A stretch of DNA of 64,000 nucleotides from Nitrospirota bacterium (GTDB taxonomy: Bacteria > Nitrospirota > UBA9217): assembly GCA_963749655.1 (NCBI GenBank), contig CAVVOB010000028.1, positions 64,001 to 128,000 of the forward strand, written 5' to 3'. The notes beneath the pieces are model-generated. The model was given only the letters and a program-made list of their open reading frames with translations. It was not told the origin of the DNA and did no database searches. Position numbers and translations under genes: made by a program. This document shows, one piece after another, positions 9,980 through 22,598 of this stretch (the first letter of the stretch is position 1; every line of letters begins with the position of its first letter).

Positions 9980-10008
9980 TTGAAGAAGACCGGCCACTAT
10001 GGTACATT
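9980..10008 (+). promoter_or_regulatory. sigma70 promoter implying a leaderless moaA mRNA
   Basis: TTGAAG-17-TACATT with an extended TG; ATG 6 nt after the -10; no SD. Confidence 0.6.
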
Positions 10009-10014
10009 TTCTTC

Positions 10015-11004
10015 ATGGCGCTCATCGATCCCCACAAGCGCTGCATCGATTATCTGCGGATCTCCGTGACCGACCGGTGCAATCTCGCCTGCGTCTACTG
10101 CCGGCCCCGTGCGAACATGAAGGTCCTGAGCCACAGCGACATCCTGAGTTACGAGGAGATCCTGCGGCTTGTCTCCGTTGCCGCGCCGCTCGGGATTTCA
10201 CGGGTCCGCGTCACCGGCGGCGAGCCCCTGGTCCGGCGGGGGATCGCCGACTTTATCGCGGCGCTCCGCGGCCAGGAAGGGATCGTGGACGTCAGCCTCA
10301 CCACGAACGGCATTCTGCTTGCGCACATGGCCGAGGCCCTCGTCCGCGCTGGAAAGCCGCGGCTTAACATCAGCCTCGACTCCTTGAAGCCGGACCGGTT
10401 CCGCCGCATCACCGGCCACGACGGCTGGTCGTCGGTCTGGAAAGGGATCGCACGCGCGGAAGAGCTGGGCTTCTTCCCCATCAAGCTCAACATGGTTCCC
10501 GTCCGGGGTCTGAACGACGATGAGGTCGCCGATTTCGCCCGGTTGACCTTTGATCGAAGGCTGCATGTGCGGTTCATCGAGTACATGCCCATCGGCGCTC
10601 CGGGCGCCTGGAAGCGGAGCGAATCCGTGCCCTCGGCGGAGGTCCGGGCCGCTGTCGAACGGGCCTTCGGCCCGCTCGTCCCTTTTGAAGGCGGCAACTC
10701 CGGCGGCCCCTCCATGAATTTCCAGCTCCCGGGCGCACAGGGGATCATCGGGTTCATCAGCCCTCTTACCCGCCATTTCTGCGGGTCCTGCAGGCGCTTG
10801 AGGCTCACGGCGGACGGAAAGATCAGGCCGTGCCTCCTGTCGGACACGGAGATCGACATCAAATCCCCCCTGCGGTCGGGCTGCGACGACCGGGAGCTCA
10901 CACGCCTCCTGAACCTGTCCCTGGAGATCAAACCCGAACGTCATCACCTCAACGAGGGTGAGCCGGTCCAATTCTGCCGCACCATGTCGAAAATCGGAGG
11001 TTGA
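10015..11004 (+). CDS. moaA: GTP 3',8-cyclase (radical SAM)
   Basis: YLRISVTDRCNLACVYC, C-terminal CxxC...C cluster, terminal IGG. Confidence 0.95.
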   Translation: MALIDPHKRCIDYLRISVTDRCNLACVYCRPRANMKVLSHSDILSYEEILRLVSVAAPLGISRVRVTGGEPLVRRGIADFIAALRGQEGIVDVSLTTNGILLAHMAEALVRAGKPRLNISLDSLKPDRFRRITGHDGWSSVWKGIARAEELGFFPIKLNMVPVRGLNDDEVADFARLTFDRRLHVRFIEYMPIGAPGAWKRSESVPSAEVRAAVERAFGPLVPFEGGNSGGPSMNFQLPGAQGIIGFISPLTRHFCGSCRRLRLTADGKIRPCLLSDTEIDIKSPLRSGCDDRELTRLLNLSLEIKPERHHLNEGEPVQFCRTMSKIGG

Positions 11005-11011
11005 GGATCCC

Positions 11012-11497
11012 ATGCCTGCAAACAAGATTACCCACTTCGACGAACAGGGCGCCGCGCGCATGGTCGACGTGACTGCCAAGCAGGAAACGGACCGCGAAGC
11101 CGTGGCCGAGGGACGGATCTACCTGCAGCCCGAAACGCTTTCGCTGATCCTAGACAAAAAAGTCCTGAAGGGCGATGTCTTTGCCGTGGCGCGCCTTGCC
11201 GGCATCATGGCTGCGAAGCGGACGCCCGACCTGATCCCGCTCTGCCATCCGCTCAACATTTCGTCGATAAACATCGACTTCGAGCCGGACCCGGAAAAGA
11301 AATGCGTGCTGATCCGCGCCACGGTCAGGATCTTCGCCAGGACCGGCGTGGAGATGGAGGCCATGACCGCGGTGGCAGTGGCGGGGCTTACGGTCTACGA
11401 CATGTGCAAGGCAACGGACCGCACCATGACCGTCGGCGACATCCGCTTGATGAGAAAATCGGGCGGCAAGTCCGGCTCCTTTGTGCGGGGATCGTAA
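11012..11497 (+). CDS. moaC: Cyclic pyranopterin monophosphate synthase
   Basis: MVDV, LIPLCHP, TGVEMEA, YDMCK, KSGGKSG. Confidence 0.95.
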   Translation: MPANKITHFDEQGAARMVDVTAKQETDREAVAEGRIYLQPETLSLILDKKVLKGDVFAVARLAGIMAAKRTPDLIPLCHPLNISSINIDFEPDPEKKCVLIRATVRIFARTGVEMEAMTAVAVAGLTVYDMCKATDRTMTVGDIRLMRKSGGKSGSFVRGS

Positions 11498-11828
11498 CCG
11501 GCGCCGGGCTTTATCACTGCTATTTTCGTCCTTACCCCCCAGGCATCGGATCGCGCGCTTCTCGCCGATGTCTGTCCAGCCTTGCATGAACCTTCCCGGG
11601 CAAAACCGCGTACAAATGGCATGAGACTGTCTCCTACCCACCGCCTCACTGGCGAAACAACGGTGTGTCGTGGCGGCTGGACGGGAAAAGGCTGAATTTC
11701 GTTCAGGATGTAAAGGGATGAAAAACGATGCACTGCCCGCAGAATCCGGAATGAAGAGACTTCCCCTGCGAAACTGCGGTTTAACAGGACGTGCTGCGGC
11801 TTCGGCACTGAACCCTTGTGAGTAAAGG

Positions 11829-13361
<1,533 letters not shown>

Positions 13362-13519
13362 GAATACCACCTCGGGTTATTTCCGGAAAACCGCCGTGTG
13401 CGAACCGGAAAGCTCGCAAAAACCGCGGCTCGGTCTTCCTGCTTTGTCCCTCTCTGCGTTCCCGGCGTCTCACCGCGAAATAAAGTCGGCCTCCGGCAAG
13501 AAGCCCGGCTGCGACCGGA

Positions 13520-14050
13520 TCACTTTGCCGGCTTGTCCCGTGAACGATGCAATCGTTTCAGGAGCACCTCTCCTGTCTGGGTGTAGAAGAAGATCTTGCG
13601 CCCCTGAAATCCGCCGACATCGACGACGTGCATTTTCAGCCCCTCGCTCTTGAGGACCTGCTCCGCAATGTTGATGTTCTGCCTTCCAACGGAAACGATC
13701 CCCTGCCGCTCGATAGGCCTTGCGAACATGTCCGCGCCGCCGAAGCACTTTACCTCGATCTCGCTGCGCTTGACCTTCTGCTTGTCGAAGAGCTGGACCA
13801 TCCTCTTGATGGAGCAGTCCACGTACTTGTAGCCCTCCAGGCACTCGCCGTGACACTCCCTCTTGTTCTTCTCGGTCTTGCACTCCGGCAGCAAACCGTG
13901 GCAGATCCCGCCGATACCCCGCCTTTTGCTGAACATCGTGACGGACAGGCAGGAGCCGAGGACCGTCACCACGACGGCCGGCTCTTCGGAAAAGTAGAGC
14001 TCTCCCGGATTCAGATACACAAGAGGCAGATCGGTCAATGTCGGATTCAC
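13520..14050 (-). CDS. cheD: Chemoreceptor glutamine deamidase
   Basis: TVLGSCLSV, GICHGLLP, FGGADM, VGRQN, DVGG. Confidence 0.92.
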   Translation of the reverse strand: MNPTLTDLPLVYLNPGELYFSEEPAVVVTVLGSCLSVTMFSKRRGIGGICHGLLPECKTEKNKRECHGECLEGYKYVDCSIKRMVQLFDKQKVKRSEIEVKCFGGADMFARPIERQGIVSVGRQNINIAEQVLKSEGLKMHVVDVGGFQGRKIFFYTQTGEVLLKRLHRSRDKPAK

Positions 14051-14919
14051 AAAACCTTCCTGTAGATGGTGGATTCCAGGCGCGCCAGGGGAAGATCGAA
14101 TCCGTGCACTGTTTCCGAATGGCCCAGAAACAGGTAGCCGTCCTTCCTGATGTACCTGCAGAGGCGCCGCAGCAGTGCGCCCTGCGTTTCCCGGTCAAAA
14201 TAGATGATGACGTTCCTGCAAAATATCGCGTCCAGGGACCCCTCGCGGATGCCGTACTGCTCTTCCATCAGGTTGAGCCGCTGAAACGCTATGAGCGACC
14301 GCAGCGAAGGTACGATGCGCACCTGCCCCGATGCCCGGTTCTTGCTGCGCAGGAAATATTTCTGCTTCAGCGCCAGGGGGATCATGGAAATCTGGTGCTC
14401 GTCGTAGATCCCCGCCCTGGCCTTGTCAAGGACCCGCGTGGAAATGTCCGTGGCCGTGATGGAAAAAGCGAATCCCGGGTTCACGCGCTCAAACTCGCTC
14501 AGCACGATGGCGAGCGTATAGGGCTCTTCGCCCGACGAACAGGCCGAGCTCCAGACCGCGAAGGGCCGCCTGGCCCCGGGGCGGCCGGCCTCGAAAAACT
14601 CCGGGAGAATGGCTTCCGAAAGAACGGTAAAGTGCACCGGCTCGCGGAAGAAATCGGTCTTGTTCGTCGTCACCGAGTCGATCATGTGCACCAGCTCGCG
14701 ATCGCCGTCGGGCGAGTTGAACAGCAGGTCGCAGTACTGCCGGAAGGTGTCCACCTTCAGCGTCCGCAGCCGTTTCTGGAGCCTCGCTTCGAGCATGGTC
14801 TTCTTGACCGGCGGCATCTTGATGCCGCAGTGCGAGTAAATGAAACGGCTCAGGCGCTCGAAATCCGCGGCCGTCATTTTTTTTATTCCAGACTCCTGGT
14901 TAGTACGGGAATCGGCCAT
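14047..14919 (-). CDS. cheR: Chemotaxis methyltransferase
   Basis: TTNKTDFFRE, WSSACSSGEEPY, IFCRNVIIYFD, LGHSE. Confidence 0.95.
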   Translation of the reverse strand: MADSRTNQESGIKKMTAADFERLSRFIYSHCGIKMPPVKKTMLEARLQKRLRTLKVDTFRQYCDLLFNSPDGDRELVHMIDSVTTNKTDFFREPVHFTVLSEAILPEFFEAGRPGARRPFAVWSSACSSGEEPYTLAIVLSEFERVNPGFAFSITATDISTRVLDKARAGIYDEHQISMIPLALKQKYFLRSKNRASGQVRIVPSLRSLIAFQRLNLMEEQYGIREGSLDAIFCRNVIIYFDRETQGALLRRLCRYIRKDGYLFLGHSETVHGFDLPLARLESTIYRKVL

Positions 14920-15166
14920 ACCGTGTGCGTGTCTCCCTGGTGAATCGGTCTTCGGTCGTTGCGCCGGCGTTGGGGGCGGAGCAGACCGCGGCAGGCGGGC
15001 TTATGCGGCGCCCGGTCTCCTGCGGACGGTCCTGGTCATAGAGGGGACAAAGCTTGTAGCGGCTGCTCTTGCAGTATTCGTCGAACTCGAACCCGCTCGG
15101 GACGTACACTTCCCGGCGGGCGGTGCAGGAAAGCATGTAATTCCCCGTCAGATGTCTGCAGCTCAT
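14900..15166 (-). CDS. Small four-cysteine hypothetical protein
   Basis: GAGGAG RBS before ATG 15166; MSCRHL..C..YVPS..EYC..CPLY. Confidence 0.6.
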   Translation of the reverse strand: MSCRHLTGNYMLSCTARREVYVPSGFEFDEYCKSSRYKLCPLYDQDRPQETGRRISPPAAVCSAPNAGATTEDRFTRETRTRYGRFPY

Positions 15167-15258
15167 GGTGTTCTCCTCTCGATGACGGCTGAAAGCGGCA
15201 TATGCTGCGACGGCCGCTGCTGCGCTGTTGCCGTGACGGCCGGCAACCTGAGCTTCCA

Positions 15259-16800
15259 TCAGGAGAGAACTTGCTGAGACCGTGTGGTCCCCAGTCTGTT
15301 CTCCCCTCCTACCTTGAAGAACGCAATACTGCTCTGGAGCTGTTCCGCCTGGGACGCGAGATCTTCCGATGTGGACGACATTTCCTCGGCGCCGCCTGCG
15401 TTCTGCTGGATCATGGTGTTCAGCTGCTGGATCGCCGAGTTGATCTGGACCGCTCCCGTGGTCTGCTCCTTCGACGCTGCGCTGATCTCCTGGACGAGTT
15501 CCGCCGTCTTCTGAATATCGGGCACAAGCTTCGTCAACATGGCCCCGGCCTGCTCGGCGGTCATCACGCTCGTCATCGACAGCGTGTTGATCTCCGCCGC
15601 TGCAGCCTGGCTCCGCTCGGCGAGCTTGCGGACTTCCGAAGCCACCACCGCGAAGCCCTTGCCGTGCTCGCCTGCCCGCGCCGCTTCGATTGCCGCGTTC
15701 AGGGCCAGCAGGTTCGTCTGGCGCGCGATCTCCTCGATGACGGAGATCTTCGATGCGATCTCCTTCATGGCAACGACGGTCTTGAACACTTCCTCGCCGC
15801 TCACCAGGGCGTCGTCCGCCGATTTTTGCGCGATCTTCTCGGTCTGCAGCGCGTTGTCCGCGTTCTGCCTGATCGTGGCGTGCATTTCCTCGACCGATGA
15901 CGATGCTTCCTCGGCAGCCGCAGCTTGCTCCGACGTATTCTGGGAGAGCTGCCCCGCTCCGGAGGAAAGCTGGTTGCTGCTGTACGCCACGCGGTCCGAA
16001 GCGTCGCGCGCCGCTGCGACCACCCCGCGGAGCCTGGTCACCATGGAGTTGAGCGCCTCGGCAAGCTCGCCGACCTCGTCCTTCTGATCAACGGCCAGGT
16101 GGGCCTGCAGATCTCCGCCGGCCACGGACCGGCTGAAGTCCACGCCCCGGCGGAGCGGGCCGACAATCGACCGGGGAATGACGATGCTGAAGAACACTCC
16201 CAGCGCAAGGGCGCCGAGGCTTGCCGCGGCAACTATCGCCCGCGTCCGCATGGCATGGTTCAGCATTAGTTCTTCCGAGAGGATCTTTTTCCGTGACAGC
16301 TCCGTGGCTTCCTTGAGACGGCCCTGGACTTTTTCCAGGCTGGCGAGTGTGACCGAACCGTAGAGCGCCCGCGCTTCGCTGTCGAGGTTCCGCTCGCGCA
16401 GGGACATGAGCTCCGCGGCCGACTCATGCAGCCTGCGGTGCGGCTCCTCGATCGCCGCGAGGATTTCCTGCAGCCCGGGAAGGAGGGCCTCCGCTTTTTT
16501 CCTGCCCTCACCGTAATACCATTTGCCGAAACCGCACTGTCGATGGTCGAGCTGGACGTTCAGCTCTTTAATGCGGTCGTCGAACACGAACCTGCTCACA
16601 GCCTGCGCCCAGTTCAGGTGGTCGACCTCCCGCTGCAGGAGCTCTCCCCGCAGCTGGTTGCCGCCGGCCACTTCCATGCCTTCGCGGACGATCCCCGTGA
16701 TGCCCATGAGCGTCCAGACCGTTGTTGCCACGAACAACAGGAGAACGCCTCCAATGCCGATCAGTACCTTCCGTCCGACCCGTACGTTCTTCCAGCCCAT
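15259..16800 (-). CDS. Methyl-accepting chemotaxis protein with CZB (zinc-binding) sensor
   Basis: [23 protein letters not shown] motif between two TMs; HAMP; [21 protein letters not shown] hairpin. Confidence 0.92.
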   Translation of the reverse strand: MGWKNVRVGRKVLIGIGGVLLLFVATTVWTLMGITGIVREGMEVAGGNQLRGELLQREVDHLNWAQAVSRFVFDDRIKELNVQLDHRQCGFGKWYYGEGRKKAEALLPGLQEILAAIEEPHRRLHESAAELMSLRERNLDSEARALYGSVTLASLEKVQGRLKEATELSRKKILSEELMLNHAMRTRAIVAAASLGALALGVFFSIVIPRSIVGPLRRGVDFSRSVAGGDLQAHLAVDQKDEVGELAEALNSMVTRLRGVVAAARDASDRVAYSSNQLSSGAGQLSQNTSEQAAAAEEASSSVEEMHATIRQNADNALQTEKIAQKSADDALVSGEEVFKTVVAMKEIASKISVIEEIARQTNLLALNAAIEAARAGEHGKGFAVVASEVRKLAERSQAAAAEINTLSMTSVMTAEQAGAMLTKLVPDIQKTAELVQEISAASKEQTTGAVQINSAIQQLNTMIQQNAGGAEEMSSTSEDLASQAEQLQSSIAFFKVGGENRLGTTRSQQVLS

Positions 16801-16881
16801 GCTCCCCCCCCCCGGATATCTAGCTGAAATCCCCCGTGATGTTTATCCCGTCAGATTGTGAAAAGCCTCCTTCGATTCGAA

Positions 16882-16919
16882 ACCGGGAGAAAGCGGGCCG
16901 ACGCCCGCGCTCTCCCGGT
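16882..16919. terminator. GC-rich hairpin between cheW and the CZB MCP
   Basis: ACCGGGAGA..GCGGGC cgac GCCCGC..TCTCCCGGT stem with no U-tract; possibly an mRNA stability element. Confidence 0.4.
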
Positions 16920-16942
16920 CATTATCCATGTCTCTTCTTCGC

Positions 16943-17429
16943 TTATTGAATCTTTTCCGCTTCAGCCTGCGTCGCCTGCACCAGCGCAAGCTCGTTCGTC
17001 GAGAACACCTTGTCGATGTCGAGGATGATGATGAAGTTGCTGTCCCGCTTGCCCATGCCCTTGATGAACTCCGTGTTCAAGCCGCGTCCCGATCTTCGGC
17101 GCCGGCTCGATATGGTCCGGCTCCAGGTCCATCACCTCCTGCACCGAATCGGCAAGCGCGCCGAGGATCGTGGTCTCGTCGTCCACCGCCACCTCGACGA
17201 TGATGATGCAGGTGTTCACCGTCTTCTCGGTCCTCGTCATGCCGAACTTCAGCCGCAGGTCCACCACCGGCACCACGCTGCCCCGCAGGTTGATCACGCC
17301 GCGCATGAACTCCGGCGTGCGCGGCACCTTGGTGACCGTGGTGAAGTCGAGCACTTCGCGCACCTTCGTGATATCGAGGGCGAACACCTCGTCGTCGAGC
17401 TTAAAGGTCAGATACTGCGTCGTTTCCAT
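16943..17429 (-). CDS. cheW: Chemotaxis coupling protein, one frameshift near 17080
   Basis: QYLTF, GVINLRGSVVPVVDLR; C-terminus (IKGMGK..IILDIDKVF) continues in another frame to the stop at 16943. Confidence 0.9.
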
Positions 17430-17467
17430 TATGCCTGCTAACGCTCATAGGAGCCTCCTTTGAACTG

Positions 17468-17555
17468 CAGGGTCAAGGGTCATGGGTCCAGGGTCAGGGA
17501 AAACCATTTTGTTTCTTGATGTTCCTTGACCCATGCCCCTTGACCCCTGACCCTG
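17468..17555. repeat. Heptamer tandem repeats in inverted orientation
   Basis: (AGGGTCA)-like x4 ... (TGACCCC)-like x4 flanking an AT-rich spacer. Confidence 0.75.
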
Positions 17556-17559
17556 TCTT

Positions 17560-19273
17560 TTAGAATTTCTCAAACTCCGTGTCCCTCGAATCGTTGCCGC
17601 CTTTTGTTGTTTCGTGCCCGAGGTCAAGCGCGACGCCTGCGTGCTTCATTGCCGCTGCTGTCGGAGCCGCCTTGGCCGGTTTGTGGGCCAGGTGCGCTAC
17701 CTGCACTTTGTGCGCCGGCAAAGCGCGGCGTGCCATGGAAGCGCGCTGGCCGTGGCCGTCATCAGCGACCTTGAAGAACGCGATGGTGCTCTGGAGCTGC
17801 TCGGCCTGGGACGACAGCTCTTCCGCCGTCGAGGACATCTCCTCCGCCGCGCCCGCGTTCTGCTGGATCACCTGGTTCAGCTGCTGGATCGCGCTGTTGA
17901 TCTGGTCCGCGCCCGTGGTCTGCTCCTTGGACGCGGCGCTGATCTCCTGCACCAGCTCCGCGGTCTTCTGGATGTCCGGCACCAGCTTGGCCAGCATGGC
18001 CCCGGCCTTCTCCGCCACCTCCACGCTCGTGGTGGACAGCTGGCTGATCTCGCCTGCCGCCGCCTGGCTCCGCTCGGCAAGCTTTCTCACTTCCGACGCC
18101 ACCACCGCGAAGCCCTTGCCGTGCTCGCCGGCGCGGGCCGCCTCGATCGCCGCGTTCAGGGCCAGCAGGTTGGTCTGGCGCGCGATCTCCTCGATGATCG
18201 AGATCTTGGCCGCGATCTCCTTCATGGCGCCCACGGTCTCGGTCACCGCCTTGCCGCTCTCCTGCGCGTCGGCGGCGGACTTGAGCGCGATCTTCTCGGT
18301 CTGCGACGCGTTGTCCGCGTTCTGCTTGATCGTGGCGTTCATCTCTTCCACCGACGACGAGGCCTCTTCGGCCGAGGCCGCCTGCTCGGTCGTGCCCTGG
18401 GACATCTGCTCGGCGCCCGGCGGAGAGCTGCTGGCTGCCCGAGGCCACGTTGTCCGACGCGCCCTTCACGTCGGCCACCACCATCTTGAGCTTCTCCACC
18501 ATGTTCTTCATGGCGGTCAGCAGCATGCCGGTCTCGTCCTTGGACTCTGCTCTCGATGCTCATCATCAGGTCGCCGTCGGCAAGCCTGTTCGATACCTTC
18601 ACCGCTTCATCCAGCGGCTTGGTGATGCCGCGGCTGATGATGACCGTGATGCCGATGCTCAGAATGACTGCGGCCAGGGCAAGGGCGAGCATGATCATGT
18701 TCGTGTGGCTGGTCAAGTCCTTTGCGACCTGCTCCTGGGACTCCATGCGCTTGTTGGCTTCATCCGCTAGTTCTTTGGCGGTGAGCTCCATCTTGTGCGT
18801 CTCGTCCTTGAAGGGCATTATTGCTGCATTCGCGGCCTGGGGCGTCTTGATAGCGCCTGAATCGATCATGCGCCACGACTTTGTTCATGCCCGATTCGTA
18901 AAGCGGTAGATTCGTTTTCATGATCTGGATGGCTTCAAGGTCTGTCTTGAGGGTGGCGACCTTCTCGATGTCCGCGACTCTCGCCGTAAGGGCTTCCACC
19001 TGTTCTTTCCACTTTTTTGTATACTCTTCTTCTTTTGCCTTGTCGCCGATATTCAGGAACAGGTCCTTTTCATACCGCCGGACGCCCAGGGTGTTGGCGC
19101 GGGCGCGGGCGGAATATTCCGCGACGATGGCAATCGCCCTGCAGCATTTTGATCGTGTTGTTCGAAATCGAATTAACGCCCCAATACCCGGTAAGTCCGA
19201 TCCCGATCAGCATGATCAGGACAAATCCGAAACCCAAAGCCAACCGCATACCGATCTTCATGTTCTTAAACAT
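17560..19273 (-). CDS. Methyl-accepting chemotaxis protein (four-helix sensor, HAMP), several frameshifts
   Basis: [17 protein letters not shown]-terminus; MCP hairpin; C-terminal pentapeptide EFEKF (CheR/CheB tether). Confidence 0.9.
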
Positions 19274-19363
19274 CGCTTGCCTCCTTCGTGTGTGGTTATC
19301 TCCGTTGTTTTTGCGTTTCCGCCAATTATCACAATGACTTCAACAATGCCGTATCAGGGGGTT

Positions 19364-21546
19364 TCAGGATAGGTCACCTCCCCTGGTCAGCTGCGCTTCC
19401 TGCTGCTCGACCATGCGCACGAGTTTGGGAATATCGAGGATCAGGGCGACGGTGCCGTCGCCCAGGATCGTGGCGCCGGAGATGCCTTCCACGTCCTGGT
19501 AGAACCTGCCGAGGGACTTGATCACGGTCTGGTGATCGCCGATGACCGTGTCCACCACAAGCCGACCCTGCCGTCCGTCCACGCCCGCGATCACGATCTG
19601 TTCGATCGGCGGCGCGTCGCCGTTGATCGCTGAAATGCTCGCGCAGCCGGATGTAGGGCACGATCTTGCCCCGCACGTGGGCCAGGTGCCTGCCGTGCGT
19701 GTTCGGCCGCGTCTGTCGTGCCCAGCTCCACGCACTCCTCGACCAGGGAGAGGGGGAAGATGAAATGCTCGGCCCCGATCCTGGTCAGGAACCCGTCGAT
19801 GATCGCGAGGGTGAGCGGCAGCTTGAGGGTGATCGTCGTGCCCGCGCCCTTCGTGCTCGTCGATCTCGATCGATGCCGCGCAGGGCGTCGATGGCCCGCT
19901 TGACCACGTCCATGCCCACTCCGCGGCCGGACACGCTGGTGACTTTTTTTGCCGTGGAGAAGCCCGGGCGCGAGAATGAGCTCGAACAGATCCTGCTCGT
20001 GTCAGCTCCGCATCGGGCTGGATCAGCCCCTTCTCGACCGCCTTTGCCCGGATGGCCTCCGCGTCGAGGCCCGCGCCGTCGTCCTCGATCCGGATCAGGA
20101 CATGGGCGCCCGAATGCACGGCCGACAGATGGATGGTGCCCCTGCTTCGGCTTGCCCGCGGCCACGCGCTCGCGCCGGCGTGCTCGATGCCGTGGTCGAT
20201 GCTGTTCCGGATGAGGTGCACGAGCGGATCGCCCAGGCGCTCGATGACGGTCTTGTCCAGCTCGGTTTCCGCGCCGTCGGTGGTCAGCTCGATCTCCTTG
20301 CCCAGCTCCGCGGACAGGTCGCGCACGAGGCGCTTGAACTTGCTGAAGGTCGTGCCGATCGGGAGCATGCGGATGTTCATGGCGTTGTCGCGGAGCGAAG
20401 CGGTCAGCCGCTCCACCTCCTCGGCGATGGACTGAAGCTCCGAATTGCCCGATGGTGAGCGCCGTCTGGCTCAGCCGCGCCTGCACCGTCACCAGCTCGC
20501 CGACCAGGTTGACCAGGCTGTCGAGCTTCTCCGTGGCGACCCGGATGCTCGATGCGGCATCATGGCCCTGGCGCTGCTCCCGGAGCTCCCGCACGTGCTG
20601 CTGTTCCGCAAGCGCCGACTCCACCTGGGCCGGGGGAACGATGCCCGTGTCGATGAGCATCTCGCCGACCTTCTTTTTCGTATTCAGCACTTTTTGCAGA
20701 TCCTCCGTCGTCAGGTCGCCCCGCTCGAGCAGTATCTCGCCGAGCTTCTTGTACGCCACTTCCTCGTCGATCTGGCCTTCCTCATCGATCACGCTGACAA
20801 CCAGTTCACTGGCGTCCCTGACGAAAATGAATACATCTTCGATGGCGTTCCTGCCGCTGGTCCGTGGTCAGGATCACGTCCCAGTAGGTATAGCACGCCT
20901 GGGGATCGACCTCCTCGAGATAGGGTATCGCCTCGGTCTGGGCCACGACCCTGCAGGGGCCGAGCTCGCGGAGTTCATCGATCAGACCCACCGGATTCGT
21001 CCCCTGGATGAAGATGTCGGGGTTCGGACGGAACCGGATGCGGTAGGTCACTGCCCGCGCTCTGCGCTCTTCCCGCGCGACGGCCTTCGGAGCCGCCGCG
21101 GCCGTTTTCTCCGGCGCCGGGCCCTCGGGCACAATGGCCTTCAGCGAGGCGAGGATTTCTCCGGAACGGCGCATAATCCACGCTGCCCCCGAAGTAATAG
21201 TTGTCGAACATCGCCTTGATCTGGTCCCGGGCGGTAAGGGTAGGCCGATGAGCTCCTGGGTCACCGCGGCCCTGCCGTTCCTGATCTTGTCGAAGATCGT
21301 TTCCAGCTCATGGGTGAACTTCACGACCTCGTGGAACTCGCAGGCGCCGCCCGAACCCTTGATGGTATGCATGGCCCGGAAGGCACGGCTGATCTGCTCC
21401 CTGTCGTCCGGCGTTTTCTCGAGCTCGAGCAAGGCGCTCTCGAGCTCCGCCAGAAGCTCATAGGCCTCTTCCCGGAAAGTCGCGCGGAGCTCCCTGACGA
21501 TCTGGTCCGCGGAATATTCCTCTTGCGGATTCAGCTGATCATCCAT
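19364..21546 (-). CDS. cheA: Chemotaxis histidine kinase, many frameshifts
   Basis: Hpt FRAMHTIKGSG; SSIRV..KLDSLVNLVGELV; HLIRNSIDHG; PGFSTA..SGRGVGMDVV; GATILGDG. Confidence 0.92.
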
Positions 21547-21895
21547 GGTTCGCTCCTGACAGCGCGGCCCAGATGCAGGACTGGTCGCAATCGAGCTTGC
21601 ACCCCTTGACGCGGGAATAGCCTGCCGCGTCCGCGACCTTCATGAGCTCTTCCGGCGCGTCGCCCTCGACGACGATCCGCTTCTTCAGACGGACGGCGCT
21701 TCGATGGGCCGAGCAGATCAGCTGCAGACAGGAAAGGTCCGCGTCATGCACATTGTCAAACCTGACCGACACGTCGTCCGCCTCCACAAGCGCCCTGAGG
21801 AAGGCTTTTTTCATGGCCTCCGCATGGGGCAGGGTCAGGTCGCTGTCGAGAACAACCGTTCGCTTGCTTCCGGATTCTTTCACCGTGGCGCCCAT
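21539..21895 (-). CDS. STAS-domain protein
   Basis: DLSCLQLICSAH STAS motif; GGAGGG RBS; overlaps the cheA start. Confidence 0.8.
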   Translation of the reverse strand: MGATVKESGSKRTVVLDSDLTLPHAEAMKKAFLRALVEADDVSVRFDNVHDADLSCLQLICSAHRSAVRLKKRIVVEGDAPEELMKVADAAGYSRVKGCKLDCDQSCIWAALSGANHG

Positions 21896-22032
21896 AAGTC
21901 CCTCCGATTCGTCAAAAGGTGTCAGTTGCAGCAACCGATCCAGAGAACAGCTGCCAATTCTTTTGCCGGCACAAAAGCAGATGCCGGGCTTGCGTGATTT
22001 CCGGAAAAAAGGTGTTTGAATAGTACAATAAA

Positions 22033-22049
22033 TGCAAGTATGGTGCCTT
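22033..22049 (-). promoter_or_regulatory. sigma54 promoter of the STAS-cheA operon
   Basis: AGGCAC-catac-TTGCA (GG-N10-GC) with an AT-rich IHF-like segment upstream (AAACAACATGTTA). Confidence 0.7.
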
Positions 22050-22213
22050 GATTACATATTGGATATATATGATAAAAACAACATGTTACCCATACATACA
22101 ATAACCGGTGCCTGAAAACACTACAGCCTCAGGGAATAAAAAAGCAAATTCCGTCATACATTCGCCCTGCTTCCTCCGCATTTCTTCCCCTCGAATCTCC
22201 TTAAGCTTTACCC

Positions 22214-22579
22214 CTACTTCACGAACTTCTTGACCACATCGAGAAGCTGCTCGGGCTGGAAGGGTTTCACGATCCAGCCGCTCGCCCCGGCCTGCTTGCC
22301 TTCCTGTTTCTTGGCCTCCTGCGACTCCGTGGTCAGCATGATAATAGGCGCAAACTTGTAGTCCGGCATGCTCCGGAGCTTTTTTATGAGCTCGATGCCG
22401 TCCATTTCCGGCATGTTCAGGTCGGTGATCACCATGTCGACCTTGCCTCCGCCCAGCTTTCCCAAAGCGTCCTTCCCGTTCTCCGCCGCGACAACGTCGA
22501 AGCCCGCGTCCCTGATCGTAAAGGACACAAGCTGTCTCATGGATGCGGAATCGTCCACCACAAGAAATTTCTTCGGCAT
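22214..22579 (-). CDS. cheY: Single-domain chemotaxis response regulator
   Basis: VDDS, ITDLNMPEMDG, LTTES, WIVKPF. Confidence 0.9.
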   Translation of the reverse strand: MPKKFLVVDDSASMRQLVSFTIRDAGFDVVAAENGKDALGKLGGGKVDMVITDLNMPEMDGIELIKKLRSMPDYKFAPIIMLTTESQEAKKQEGKQAGASGWIVKPFQPEQLLDVVKKFVK

Positions 22580-22598
22580 GATGCTTCCTCCCGTTCGG

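Noticed and set aside
9850-10015. Moco riboswitch upstream of moaA
   Set aside because: The promoter sits immediately before the ATG, leaving no leader
15300-18400. Near-duplicate DNA between the two MCP genes as a mobile or repeat element
   Set aside because: Explained by ordinary conservation of the MCP signalling domain in paralogues
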